Source: Ktedonobacterales bacterium
Lineage (GTDB): Bacteria; Chloroflexota; Ktedonobacteria; Ktedonobacterales; JADMIN01
Direction of reading: 5' to 3'
Assembly: GCA_030167145.1 (NCBI GenBank)
Contig: CP126532.1
Coordinates: 3,300,001 to 3,332,000 of the forward strand
Length of the DNA: 32,000 nucleotides
Positions 8,723 through 17,195 of this stretch are shown in pieces (the first letter of the stretch is position 1; each line of letters opens with the position of its first letter). The translations under genes and the position numbers were made by a program. The notes under the pieces were generated by a model. It saw only the letters and a program-made list of their open reading frames with translations. It had not been told where the DNA came from and did not search any database.

Positions 8723-9367
8723 TCACGAGCCGAGCAGGATGCGCAGGTCACTTGCCAGTTCTTTGGGATCGAAGCCTTCGTCCAGGAAGATACGCTCGCG
8801 GCCCTGCTGGTCAATGATGTAGACACCGGTGGTGTGAATTACGATGCCGTCTGCCTGGGTGACCGACGACATATGATAGGCGCTCCACAGCGGGGCGAGT
8901 TGCTCTTGCGTGCCGAGCAGATAGCGCAGCGGGAATGTGACGCGGTTGCCCTGCATGAACGCCTGCACCGTCGTGGGCGTATCCTTGGGGTTCATGCTCA
9001 GCCCCAGCCAGATCACCTTGTTGGTATCGGCGCCAAGAAAGCTCGCCGTCGCATCCATATATTGCGCGGTCAGCGGGCATTCCGCGTGGGGGCAGAGCGA
9101 ATCGAAGAAGGTCAGCACCACTGGCTGGCCGCGAAACTGGCTCAGCGAGACGGTCTGCCCGTTCTGGTCCTTGAGTTGAATATCCGGCGCGGGCGTCTTG
9201 CCCAGGTCCGTGCCTTGCAGCGTGGTGGCCGGTGGCGTTGTGCTGTGATTGGCGTACGTATCGGCGAGACGGTTGAAGAGCAGCACCGTGCCGCCCAGCA
9301 GCACCACCAGGGCGATGGTGATCACCCGCGACATCGTGCGCTGATTCATGGTTGCGAGCTTGAGCAT
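8723..9367 (-). CDS. SCO1/SenC-like thioredoxin-fold copper chaperone, membrane anchored, variant Cys motif
   Basis: N-terminal TM segment. VVLTFFDSLCPHAECPLT sits where SCO proteins carry CxxxC, and a downstream conserved His lies in IVIHTTGVYIID. The DTP-like motif is PKDTPTTV. Confidence 0.8.
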   Translation of the reverse strand: MLKLATMNQRTMSRVITIALVVLLGGTVLLFNRLADTYANHSTTPPATTLQGTDLGKTPAPDIQLKDQNGQTVSLSQFRGQPVVLTFFDSLCPHAECPLTAQYMDATASFLGADTNKVIWLGLSMNPKDTPTTVQAFMQGNRVTFPLRYLLGTQEQLAPLWSAYHMSSVTQADGIVIHTTGVYIIDQQGRERIFLDEGFDPKELASDLRILLGS

Positions 9368-9389
9368 GGTTCTCTTTCCACTTTCCCGC

Positions 9390-10394
9390 TCAAAGATGGA
9401 TGGCAGCAGATGATTTCGTGGTGCGCGTTGCTCCGCCGGGGGCGCTCTCGGCCTGCGCCTCGCGCTCGTCGGCGGCGAGCCACTTCGCCAGCACCGTAAT
9501 CATAATGATAAAGAAAATGATCGTCCCCGGCACATCCATCGCCGCGCCTGCCAGATGTTGGTCCACCAGCACCGATGGCGCGTCCGCCGCGCGGGGCAGC
9601 GCGGCATAGAAGCGATACAGCGGGCCAGTGGAGAAGACGAAGACGCCACCCAGCACATTCAACACCAGCGCCGCCGCCGCCAGATACAGCGCCTGCATCG
9701 GATAGCTCAGGCGCGGGCCACGTGAGCGCGCCAGCACGCGCGCCGGGATGATCTGCGCCCAGAAGAGCAGCGCCACGCCCAGGAACATCAGATGCTCCAT
9801 GATGTGTATTGGCTGCTGTTCCAGCGCCAGATCGTAGAGCGCGGGCACATGCCACGCCAGGAAGACGCCCAGGAAGAGCGCCAGACTGACACGCGGCTCG
9901 GTGAAGAAGCGCGTTAGCGCGTGCCCCACGCGCCAGGGCCAGCGCGCCCGCAGCGCCCAACTCAACACGCCGCGCCGCGTGCCAGTGGGGACCGCGCGCC
10001 ACAGTGTCCATGTGGGCAGCCCCAAGAGCAGCAGCGGCGGCGCGACCATGGTCAGCAGATCGTGCTGCACCATGTGGACCCAGAGCAGCTTTCCCGCTTG
10101 CAGGTCCACCTCGGATTCGAGCGCGATGAGAATCGTCAGCAGCCCCGCGAAGTAGGCGGGGATGCGCCACCACGCCAGCCGCTGAGCGAGGCCGTGCTTG
10201 GTCACGTAGTCTAGTCCGCGCACATAGAGCAGCGCAGCGGCAACCAGGCCGAGCAGCACCATTGGCTCGAACGACCACGTCGTCAGAAATGCTCCGATGT
10301 CCACCAGCCACCGCCTGTTTCCGTTGTGATGCTCAACCGCTCCGCTACTGGCATACCATAGCATCCGCTCTGCCGCATGGTGCGATTGCACCAT
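9390..10394 (-). CDS. Cytochrome c oxidase assembly factor CtaG-like (caa3_CtaG family) membrane protein, copy 1
   Basis: Polytopic membrane protein with WSFEPMVLLGL, HMVQHDLLTMVAPPLLLLGLP and DQHLAGAAM. The start is uncertain (ATG at 10394 or 10364). The track start at 10466 reads through the structured repeat element and is rejected. Confidence 0.75.
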   Translation of the reverse strand: MVQSHHAAERMLWYASSGAVEHHNGNRRWLVDIGAFLTTWSFEPMVLLGLVAAALLYVRGLDYVTKHGLAQRLAWWRIPAYFAGLLTILIALESEVDLQAGKLLWVHMVQHDLLTMVAPPLLLLGLPTWTLWRAVPTGTRRGVLSWALRARWPWRVGHALTRFFTEPRVSLALFLGVFLAWHVPALYDLALEQQPIHIMEHLMFLGVALLFWAQIIPARVLARSRGPRLSYPMQALYLAAAALVLNVLGGVFVFSTGPLYRFYAALPRAADAPSVLVDQHLAGAAMDVPGTIIFFIIMITVLAKWLAADEREAQAESAPGGATRTTKSSAAIHL

Positions 10395-10417
10395 ATCTTG
10401 TGTTGCGCTGGCCTCTC

Positions 10418-10521
10418 GGTGGGGCGGACATTCCTGTCTGCCCTCCCACCCATCACTGACAGACAAGAATGTCTGTCCTACTGGTGATGCTGTAGTGGTG
10501 GGGCGGACATTCCTGTCTGCC
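10418..10521. repeat. Structured intergenic element: a 25-nt perfect direct repeat (10418-10442, 10497-10521) flanking a nested perfect hairpin (10451-10489)
   Basis: GGTGGGGCGGACATTCCTGTCTGCC occurs twice, each copy holding the dyad GGCGGACA-TTCC-TGTCTGCC. The central dyad is GACAGACA-AGAA-TGTCTGTC, set inside a CATCAC/GTGATG outer stem. Confidence 0.85.
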
Positions 10522-10529
10522 TACCGCAC

Positions 10530-11615
10530 TTATGGCAGCACTGTGCGCCACACCGCGCCGTTGTTCACCGTCAGCGCCACGCCGACGGGATACGAGAAGC
10601 CCGCATAGGCCACGCTGGGGCGCACGGGGTCGGCGGTGATGACGCCGGGATGCTGGCTGGTCGCCGTCGTCGCCTTCCAGGTCGCGCCGCCGTCGGTGGT
10701 GGCGTAGACCGTGGTGCCGGTGATCGCGTAGGCCGCGTTGGGGGTCGCCGCGCAGGCCACGACCGCCGTGAACGATTGTTGCGTGTTCGCCAGCGCGAAG
10801 CTTGCCCCGCCATCGTGCGAGAGGTACAGCCCGTCGTCGCCGCTGACGTAGACATTGTTCCCCGCCAACGACACCGAGAAGACGCCGTGGCTCACCCCCG
10901 GCGCACCCGCCCAGGTCTGGCCGTTGTCGTTGCTCACGAACAGCCCCGTCGAAACGCTCCACAGATACAGCCGCCCCGGATGCGCCGCGTCGCCGGTGAC
11001 GCCGCTGGGCAGTGTGACCGGCACGGGCGGCAGCGCCTGCCATGTCGCGCCCGCGTCGTTGCTGGCATAGACGCCCGAACTGCCGAGCGATGGGATGATT
11101 GCGTAGACCTGCCCCGGACTACCCGAACCCGCGCCAATGCTGAAGATTGCCCGCGAGTCGAAGGCCGAGACCGGCGCGGCCAGCCGCCACGTCGCTCCGG
11201 CGTCGGCGCTGGTGTAGATGCCGGAGGTGGCCCGCGCCGCCTTGGGATTGTCGGGGCGCGGCTCCGCCAGCAGATAGACGCGCTGTGGGTCTACTGGACT
11301 CTGCGCCAGTTTATAGAGCATCAGCCCGTCCATCGCCTGGCCCGCGCCGCCCGCCACCTCGCGCCACGTCTTGCCGCTATCCGCCGAGCGGTACAGCCCG
11401 ATATGCGTCGCCAGCAGGATCGTGTTCGGCACGCCACGCAGCGCCAGCAGGTCGTGCAGGTGGTTCTGCGGGCCGCCATACGCGCCGCTTGTCGTGCTGG
11501 AATCGCCGCAGCCACCCAGGATGCCGAGCAACGCCGCGAACATCGCGCCGTAGATGAGAAGGCGGCGGACGCGAGAGGGTGTCCACCGGACGCTGCTACG
11601 AGAGGGCTGGGTCAT
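10530..11615 (-). CDS. BNR/Asp-box repeat beta-propeller lipoprotein (sialidase/Ycf48-like fold)
   Basis: Lipobox LGILGGC. Repeated Asp-box motifs SADSGKTW, SADAGATW, SNDAGATW, SNDNGQTW, SHDGGASF and TTDGGATW. The start overlaps the YVTN gene's stop (ATGA at 11612-11615). Confidence 0.8.
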   Translation of the reverse strand: MTQPSRSSVRWTPSRVRRLLIYGAMFAALLGILGGCGDSSTTSGAYGGPQNHLHDLLALRGVPNTILLATHIGLYRSADSGKTWREVAGGAGQAMDGLMLYKLAQSPVDPQRVYLLAEPRPDNPKAARATSGIYTSADAGATWRLAAPVSAFDSRAIFSIGAGSGSPGQVYAIIPSLGSSGVYASNDAGATWQALPPVPVTLPSGVTGDAAHPGRLYLWSVSTGLFVSNDNGQTWAGAPGVSHGVFSVSLAGNNVYVSGDDGLYLSHDGGASFALANTQQSFTAVVACAATPNAAYAITGTTVYATTDGGATWKATTATSQHPGVITADPVRPSVAYAGFSYPVGVALTVNNGAVWRTVLP

Positions 11616-12847
11616 GGCGTATGCTCCGTGTTTTTGGATGCTGGCAATCTGCGATTGCGGCGGATGGTGATGTAGATGGCGTAGGCCGCCGCTGCCAGGA
11701 AGATCGCCACGACGATGTAGATGATGATATTCGCTGTTCCCTGGTCCAGCGCGGGCGGATATGCTCCGGTGATGATCGCGTGCGGTGCGCCGCCGACGGT
11801 GATCGTCGTCAGCGTTTGCCGTGCGCCCACATCCAGCATCGCCACGCGCCCCGCGTCGCGCTCGGCAACGAAGCCCAGCGCGCCGTCAAAGGTGATCGCC
11901 ACAGCGGCGGGACCGCCCGCGAACGCCATGGTACGTTCTGGCTGTGGCGGGAGTGTCGCGGGCTGGCCGGGATCGCCCGCCGCAACCGGCGCCAGCACAT
12001 CCACCACGCCCGCCGCCGGATCGGGCACATACACTTCGCCGGTGATGGCGTCGTAATCCATCTGGCCGGGCTGTCCGTGCAATTGTAGCAACGTGCCCAG
12101 TAGCGTGTGGTCAATTATGCTGATGCCCAGCACCGTGCCAGCGCGCGTACTGACATAGGCGATGCCGCCCGCTGAGGGAATCACCACGCCCACCGGCCCG
12201 CCCGGCGCGGTGATGGTCGCGATGACCGCGCGGCGCTCGGTGCTGATCACCGAAACCGTATCGCTGCCGGTATTGGCGACGTAGATTTCCGCGTCATTGG
12301 GATTGGTCTCGCGAATGCCGCTGCCCAGCCCGGCGATGGCCAGCCCAGAAGGCTGCGCGCCAATGGGAATGGTGGCCACCGTGCGCCGCGCATCGGGATC
12401 CAGCACGGTGACGGTATTGCCGCCGCTATCGGCGACATAGAGCAGCGGCGCATTCGCCGTGAAGCCGATGACGACCGATTTCGGTCCAGGGCCAGCGGGC
12501 ATCGTCGCCGTGACGCTGAGCGACCGCGTATCCACAATCGCCACCTGATTTTTAGCGGTCTGGGGAATATAGGCGTAGCGCCCATCGGCGCTCAGCAGCA
12601 CCGAAGCCGGATCGCCGCCGATGGTCACGTGCCCCGTCACCTTGCGCTTGGCGATGTCTATCACCGTCAGATCACCGCCGCCGGAGCCGCCACCCACCAC
12701 GTAGGCGAGGTTGGGCGCGCCGCCGTCGGCGCGCACAGCGGCGCTGGGCACGAGCGCAAGGGCTAGCGCCAGCGCGAGCAACGGCACGAGCGGCACTGCT
12801 GCCAGCCGGAGGGAACGCGCGTGGCTGCGTTGGGCGTAAGCGCTCAT
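11612..12847 (-). CDS. YVTN-family beta-propeller repeat protein, secreted with a C-terminal TM anchor
   Basis: Signal peptide, then about 40-residue repeats (YVVGGGSGGGDLTVIDIAKRKV, AYIPQTAKNQVAIVDTRS, LYVADSGGNTVTVLDPDAR, IYVANTGSDTVSVISTERR, VYVPDPAAGVVDVL). C-terminal hydrophobic helix IIIYIVVAIFLAAAAYAIYI. Confidence 0.85.
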   Translation of the reverse strand: MSAYAQRSHARSLRLAAVPLVPLLALALALALVPSAAVRADGGAPNLAYVVGGGSGGGDLTVIDIAKRKVTGHVTIGGDPASVLLSADGRYAYIPQTAKNQVAIVDTRSLSVTATMPAGPGPKSVVIGFTANAPLLYVADSGGNTVTVLDPDARRTVATIPIGAQPSGLAIAGLGSGIRETNPNDAEIYVANTGSDTVSVISTERRAVIATITAPGGPVGVVIPSAGGIAYVSTRAGTVLGISIIDHTLLGTLLQLHGQPGQMDYDAITGEVYVPDPAAGVVDVLAPVAAGDPGQPATLPPQPERTMAFAGGPAAVAITFDGALGFVAERDAGRVAMLDVGARQTLTTITVGGAPHAIITGAYPPALDQGTANIIIYIVVAIFLAAAAYAIYITIRRNRRLPASKNTEHTP

Positions 12848-13070
12848 GTATCTACTTTTCCCTAGCTCACTATCCAGAAAATCGCCCGCCGGTCTCCACC
12901 GTGCGAGCGGTTCCAGTGTATCACAGGCGTCCAGTCAGTTCGCCAGCTTCTCGCCAAACAATTGCCTGAACATTGGCGCACGCCCGTCCTTGACCGTGGC
13001 ACACAACCGCAAGATTGGGTAGACTATGAGATGGTCGGGAACACTCTCCGAAGAAGGCGGAACCGTCATC

Positions 13071-14159
13071 ATGCTCGCATCTATCCCCCTGTGGCTAAGC
13101 TGGAACTTCGAGCCGGTCGTCGTGTTGGCGCTGGTCGCGCCGGTGGTGGCGTACTTCTATGCGCTCGGCCCGCTGCGGCGGCGCTATTTCCCAAAGGAGC
13201 AGGTGGACCGGCGCAAGGTGGGCTTCTTCGTCGTGGGCATGGCGCTGCTGGCGGTCGCGCTGCTCTCGCCGCTGGAGACAGTGGCGATGAGCTATCTGCT
13301 GACGGCGCATATGCTGCAACACATGTTCCTCTCGGTGATCTGCCCGCCGCTGATTCTGCTGGGCCTGCCGGGGTGGATGATCGCGCCGCTGTTTCGCGGG
13401 CCGGTGGCGCGGCGCGTGATTCGCGCGCTCACGCATCCGGTGGTGGCGTTCGGCCTCTACAACCTGAACATGTGGGTCTGGCACCTGCCGCCGCTCTTCG
13501 ACTCGTCATCGAATGTGGTGGCTGTAGGCGTCAATCAGATGGTGGATAACGCGGTGATCGTCGGGGCGTTGCTGTTCCTGGCGCTGTGGGTCGCGCCACG
13601 GCTCGGCGGCCCGGCGCGGGCGAAGCGCGGCGCGCAGGCGGTCTCGCTGGTGAGCGCGGCGCTGATCCTGGGCATCGTCATCATGACGGCGCTGGGCGCG
13701 CTGAGCGTGCCCACGTGGGGCGGTGTGTTCCAGGCGCACAATCCGCTGCATACGCTGATGACGGCGATGTTCTTCGGCACGGCTATGCTCTACTGGATGC
13801 CGATTCTCAGCCCGATCCCCGAGATCGCGCCACGTCTCGCGCCGACGGCGGGCATGCTGTATATGTTCCTGAGCACCCAGCCGATGATGGCGCTCGGCGC
13901 GCTGCTCACATTCGCGTCGAATCCGCTCTATGCGCGCTACGCTGGCGCGCCGCTGATTCTGGGCTTCACGCGGCTGGGCGACCAGCAGTTCGCCGGGCTG
14001 ACAATGTGGCTGCCGATGGATATTCCGCTGATCATCACCATTAGCATCCTCTTCTTCAAGTGGATCGAGCGCCAGGACTACGAAGAGCGCCTCGCCGCTG
14101 GCGAGTTCGACGAGTTCTACCCCGCTCCACCGCTCGTCCCTACCTCCAAGCCAGAGTAG
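13071..14159 (+). CDS. Cytochrome c oxidase assembly factor CtaG-like (caa3_CtaG family) membrane protein, copy 2
   Basis: ATG at 13071 follows GAAGGCGG. Motifs WNFEPVVVLALV, HMLQHMFLSVICPPLILLGLP and GDQQFAGLTMWLPMD. A paralog of 9390-10394, transcribed divergently from the YVTN operon. Confidence 0.8.
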   Translation: MLASIPLWLSWNFEPVVVLALVAPVVAYFYALGPLRRRYFPKEQVDRRKVGFFVVGMALLAVALLSPLETVAMSYLLTAHMLQHMFLSVICPPLILLGLPGWMIAPLFRGPVARRVIRALTHPVVAFGLYNLNMWVWHLPPLFDSSSNVVAVGVNQMVDNAVIVGALLFLALWVAPRLGGPARAKRGAQAVSLVSAALILGIVIMTALGALSVPTWGGVFQAHNPLHTLMTAMFFGTAMLYWMPILSPIPEIAPRLAPTAGMLYMFLSTQPMMALGALLTFASNPLYARYAGAPLILGFTRLGDQQFAGLTMWLPMDIPLIITISILFFKWIERQDYEERLAAGEFDEFYPAPPLVPTSKPE

Positions 14160-14166
14160 CCCGCAC

Positions 14167-14628
14167 TCACGCCTGCCCGTCGCGGTTCTCTGGCAAGGGG
14201 TCGTCCTTAATCTCAGGCAGCGGTGTATTGGCCAGCGCCCCGTAGAGTTCATCGAGTGTCGCGGATGCTGGCAAAGGCGCGGCGGTTTGTGGTGCGAACA
14301 CTACTGCCATCATCGCCACAATGACCATGTACAGCGCAATCTGCAATATTGCAAAGAATGAAAGTGCTTGTTGGTCTATCCACGCATTAGCCCAGGTGAG
14401 AGCGATTCCCCCCACCGCGCCAAACGCCGCGCCCCACGCCATCCTGCGGAACACCCATCGCTCGCGCAGCAGGCGCACCCCACCAACACCGAGTAGCGAG
14501 ACGAAGCCCACTACAGTGGGAATCAGGAACAGGTTTGTTATCGGGCCAAACATAGTGACCGACGCGTTAAGCCAGCCAACAATGAATGTGGCCTGCGGCA
14601 GCACAAGCAACGATGCCAACACGACCAT
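14167..14628 (-). CDS. Hypothetical membrane protein (about 4 TM, Pro-rich C-terminal tail)
   Basis: 153-aa ORF with four hydrophobic segments. Codon usage is consistent with the neighbours. No recognisable family. Confidence 0.55.
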   Translation of the reverse strand: MVVLASLLVLPQATFIVGWLNASVTMFGPITNLFLIPTVVGFVSLLGVGGVRLLRERWVFRRMAWGAAFGAVGGIALTWANAWIDQQALSFFAILQIALYMVIVAMMAVVFAPQTAAPLPASATLDELYGALANTPLPEIKDDPLPENRDGQA

Positions 14629-14878
14629 GCCACCTAGAGCAATGCAGTAGTTGCGGAAGCCTATCTGCCGCGCGCTGCTGTGTCGTCACATCTATCGCCA
14701 TTGACTCGTGCTCCCTCTTGCTACATGCCTCCATTATGCGTCATGGTTGGCGTAGCTTGTCCAATAGCTAGCGGCACGGAAAGGATACGGGTATACTAAT
14801 GCATGGCGCTCCCATTGATCGAGGTGGAGCCTTCAATGGACTTGTTCAGGCAGGCAGACATAAAATAGGGGAGGAACT

Positions 14879-15172
14879 GTGATGCCCAAATTGACCATTG
14901 TCGTCAGTGACACCCAATGGGCTTGGCTCCAGGATTTGGCGCGGCAGCGTGGACAGACAGTGGAGCAGGCAGCAGAAGCTATCTTGAATGATTTGATGGA
15001 CCCAGAACATAGGCAGCCGCCACGTGCAGCGGAAGAGACACGTGGCATTGCCTCGGCGCTAGACCTTGTTGGACTAGTTGATGATCCCGCTATTACTCCG
15101 CTTACGGCAGAGGAAATGGATCAACTCCTCACGCGTGAAGCGATCAGCACTCATGATGATTACCCCTGCTAG
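14879..15172 (+). CDS. vapB: Ribbon-helix-helix antitoxin (VapB-like)
   Basis: SD GGAGGA at 14869-14874, with a start at GTG 14879 or ATG 14882. KLTIVVSDTQWAWLQDLARQRGQTVEQAAEAIL has an RHH layout. The 3' end overlaps the PIN gene by 20 nt. Confidence 0.65.
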   Translation: MMPKLTIVVSDTQWAWLQDLARQRGQTVEQAAEAILNDLMDPEHRQPPRAAEETRGIASALDLVGLVDDPAITPLTAEEMDQLLTREAISTHDDYPC

Positions 15173-15581
15173 TCTCTTCGTTGATATGTCGGGCTGGACC
15201 AGCGTCATCCACCGCCAAGATCCATTCCATAGCGAAGCCGAACGCATCTATCTTGCTGCGCTTGGAAGCAATCGCGGCCTCGTGACAACGGACTATGTGC
15301 TGAGCGAACTTATACCACTGCTGAGGTCGCACTACAAAATGGCGCGATCCACACTGCTCGCTGCCGTAGACGCGATACTTACGGATCCCCGCATTGCGGT
15401 CCAGCGTACAGATTCAGCGATATTTGATGCAGCCTGGCTCCTCTTGAAGCAACGACCGGACAAAGAATGGTCTCTTGTCGATGGCATCAGTTTCGTTGTC
15501 ATGCAGCGGCTGGGCCTGCACGAAGCGCTTACTAGCGATCACCATTTTGAGCAGGCGCATGTAGTGCGCCTGCTCAGGTGA
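15153..15581 (+). CDS. vapC: PIN-domain ribonuclease toxin (VapC-like)
   Basis: ATG at 15153 gives MMITPASLFVDMSGW (first acidic residue). Further PIN acidic positions lie in TTDYVLSEL, LVDGISFVVM and LTSDHHFEQ. The track start at 15078 is taken as an over-extension. Confidence 0.8.
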   Translation: MMITPASLFVDMSGWTSVIHRQDPFHSEAERIYLAALGSNRGLVTTDYVLSELIPLLRSHYKMARSTLLAAVDAILTDPRIAVQRTDSAIFDAAWLLLKQRPDKEWSLVDGISFVVMQRLGLHEALTSDHHFEQAHVVRLLR

Positions 15582-15636
15582 CATGCTCCCCATCCCTAAA
15601 CGATGGATTGCTAGCATTCTTGCCAAAGTATGTCCT

Positions 15637-16164
15637 CTATGGCCCGTACCCACCGCTGGAGCCGCCGCTATTCTGCGAGATGTCCGGCGTCGCTACGTAC
15701 CACTTCCCCGCGAAGCCCTGGCCGTAGGCGTCTTCGGAGTCCTCATCCTTGGTGTAGGCATACAGCGGATGGCCGTTATAGGTCGCCTGCCGCCCGTTCG
15801 CGCCATCCATATAGCTGAGCATGCCGGAGAGCGTCGCGGTGGTGGTCGGTATGCCGCCAGGGGTCAACACCGGCGGCCAGAGCTGCGCGCAGCTTGCTGT
15901 ACAGGCTACCGTGTTGGTGGTGTCGGGGACGAAATAATAGAGCGTCTTGCCTTTGTCGTTGGCGAGGACCGTCGTTTCCTTGCCGGCAACTTTCGCCATC
16001 TTGATTGAAATCTCCGCCTTGGGTCCCGCTGGCGTGGCGGTGGCGGCGACTGTTGGGCTGGCGGCGGCGCTGGCAGGGGTTCCGCTCGCGGTGCTGCCGC
16101 AGCCTGCCAGTATCAAACCCAGGCCCAGCAGGCCAAATGTGAGACTCAATACCGTGCGTCGCAT
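15637..16164 (-). CDS. Lipoprotein with a PF03640-like secreted repeat (COG4315-type)
   Basis: Lipobox LILAGCGS. Motifs GKTLYYFVPDT..ACTASCAQLWPPV and NGHPLYAYTKDE are characteristic of the 'secreted repeat of unknown function' family. Confidence 0.75.
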   Translation of the reverse strand: MRRTVLSLTFGLLGLGLILAGCGSTASGTPASAAASPTVAATATPAGPKAEISIKMAKVAGKETTVLANDKGKTLYYFVPDTTNTVACTASCAQLWPPVLTPGGIPTTTATLSGMLSYMDGANGRQATYNGHPLYAYTKDEDSEDAYGQGFAGKWYVATPDISQNSGGSSGGYGP

Positions 16165-16255
16165 GGGGGCGTCCTCCCTGTCTGTGACATCGAAGCATCA
16201 CGTCATTGCACAGGGAAGTACGCCAACATGTTACAAATTGCGGCCAAGGAACTAG

Positions 16256-16648
16256 TTAGCGGTGATTATAAAGCTCCACCTGCCAGCGCCACTCTGAGTG
16301 GTCCGCCGCGTTCCACCACGCTTTGAGGATGCCCACCTCGCCGCCCGGAAGAATCACCGGTGTTTCCAGATCGGCATCCGTGGGCCAGCAATCTTCGCGT
16401 GCTATACGCTCTCCCGTGCGCCGCAGCCGCGCGATGGGCGAGCTGAGTGTACGCGGCAGATCCTGGCCTTTGGCGATCAGCATGCCGCTCGCGTCCAGCA
16501 CCTCTACCGTCAGCTTTTCTGGCGCGGCATGCACCAGCAGCGTGTCGGTGGCGTCCAGGCGGCCCCGCGCGAAGGAGACGCCGACCGCCGCGACATCGGG
16601 AATCCACAGATCCCACACCTGAATTGGAGGCTTCTGCGCTTCTGCCAT
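16256..16648 (-). CDS. Hypothetical protein (130 aa)
   Basis: Clean ORF with plausible composition. No family recognised by eye. Confidence 0.5.
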   Translation of the reverse strand: MAEAQKPPIQVWDLWIPDVAAVGVSFARGRLDATDTLLVHAAPEKLTVEVLDASGMLIAKGQDLPRTLSSPIARLRRTGERIAREDCWPTDADLETPVILPGGEVGILKAWWNAADHSEWRWQVELYNHR

Positions 16649-16743
16649 GGGTTCGCTCCTTTGTTACGAGATAAGACAACATGTGCATCCGCATGCTATC
16701 ATCAAAACAACGCGAAACGGGGCGAGAAACGAGGGATACCACG

Positions 16744-17073
16744 ATGGCGAACGATGCGCTCGTGGAATACGAAGCGATTGCCGACGAACTGACCGCCACA
16801 TCGCCGGTGGTGCGGGGCAAGACCTTCGGTATGCCCTGCCTGAAGGAGAACGGCAAGCTCTTTGCCGGCTTCACCCAGGGGGCGATGGTCTTCAAGCTCC
16901 CTCAGCCGCACCACGCCGAAGCCCTGGCCCTGCGCGGCGCACACCTCTTCGACCCCTCTGGCGAGGGGCACGCGATGAAAGAGTGGGTCGTCGTGCCCGC
17001 CACCCATGCCGCGCGCTGGCTCGATTTCGCGCGCACGGCGCAGCGCTACGTCGCGGCGGGGCGCGCGAAATGA
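16744..17073 (+). CDS. TfoX/Sxy N-terminal-domain-like protein
   Basis: ATG at 16744 follows GAGGGA. The pattern KTFGMPCLKENGKLFAGF..GAMVFKL..GAHLFDPSGEGHAMKEWVVVP matches the TfoX_N layout. The track start at 16681 is rejected. Confidence 0.6.
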   Translation: MANDALVEYEAIADELTATSPVVRGKTFGMPCLKENGKLFAGFTQGAMVFKLPQPHHAEALALRGAHLFDPSGEGHAMKEWVVVPATHAARWLDFARTAQRYVAAGRAK

Positions 17074-17079
17074 CGCATC

Positions 17080-17099
17080 GCCCCGCCACCGCGCGGGGC
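17080..17099 (+). terminator. GC-rich hairpin directly after the TfoX-like stop
   Basis: GCCCCGC (17080-17086), a 6-nt loop, then GCGGGGC (17093-17099). No clear U-tract. Confidence 0.4.
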
Positions 17100-17147
17100 A
17101 TGCTTGCCTGCGGCTGTTCTCCCGCTTCCTTGCGGATGCTGCTCTGT

Positions 17148-17170
17148 AGGGGCGCACGCCGTGCGCCCCT
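17148..17170. terminator. Perfect 10-bp-stem hairpin between convergent genes, a candidate bidirectional terminator
   Basis: AGGGGCGCAC-GCC-GTGCGCCCCT. Lies between the TfoX-like gene (+) and copC (-). Confidence 0.55.
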
Positions 17171-17195
17171 GTACGCGGGGTAGCTGGCGGGAAAC

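Noticed and set aside
8557-8826. 89-aa ORF (-) spanning the SCO-copCD intergenic gap.
   Set aside because: It overlaps the SCO-like gene's 3' end out of frame, has no SD and no recognisable features. The gap more likely holds the copC-copD promoter (TACAAT on the minus strand at about 8655-8660).
10418-10521. Possible miniature CRISPR array, given a 25-nt repeat seen twice with a palindromic core.
   Set aside because: There are only two identical copies, and the intervening 54 bp is itself a related hairpin rather than a unique spacer. No cas genes or leader are present, so it is reported as a structured repeat instead.
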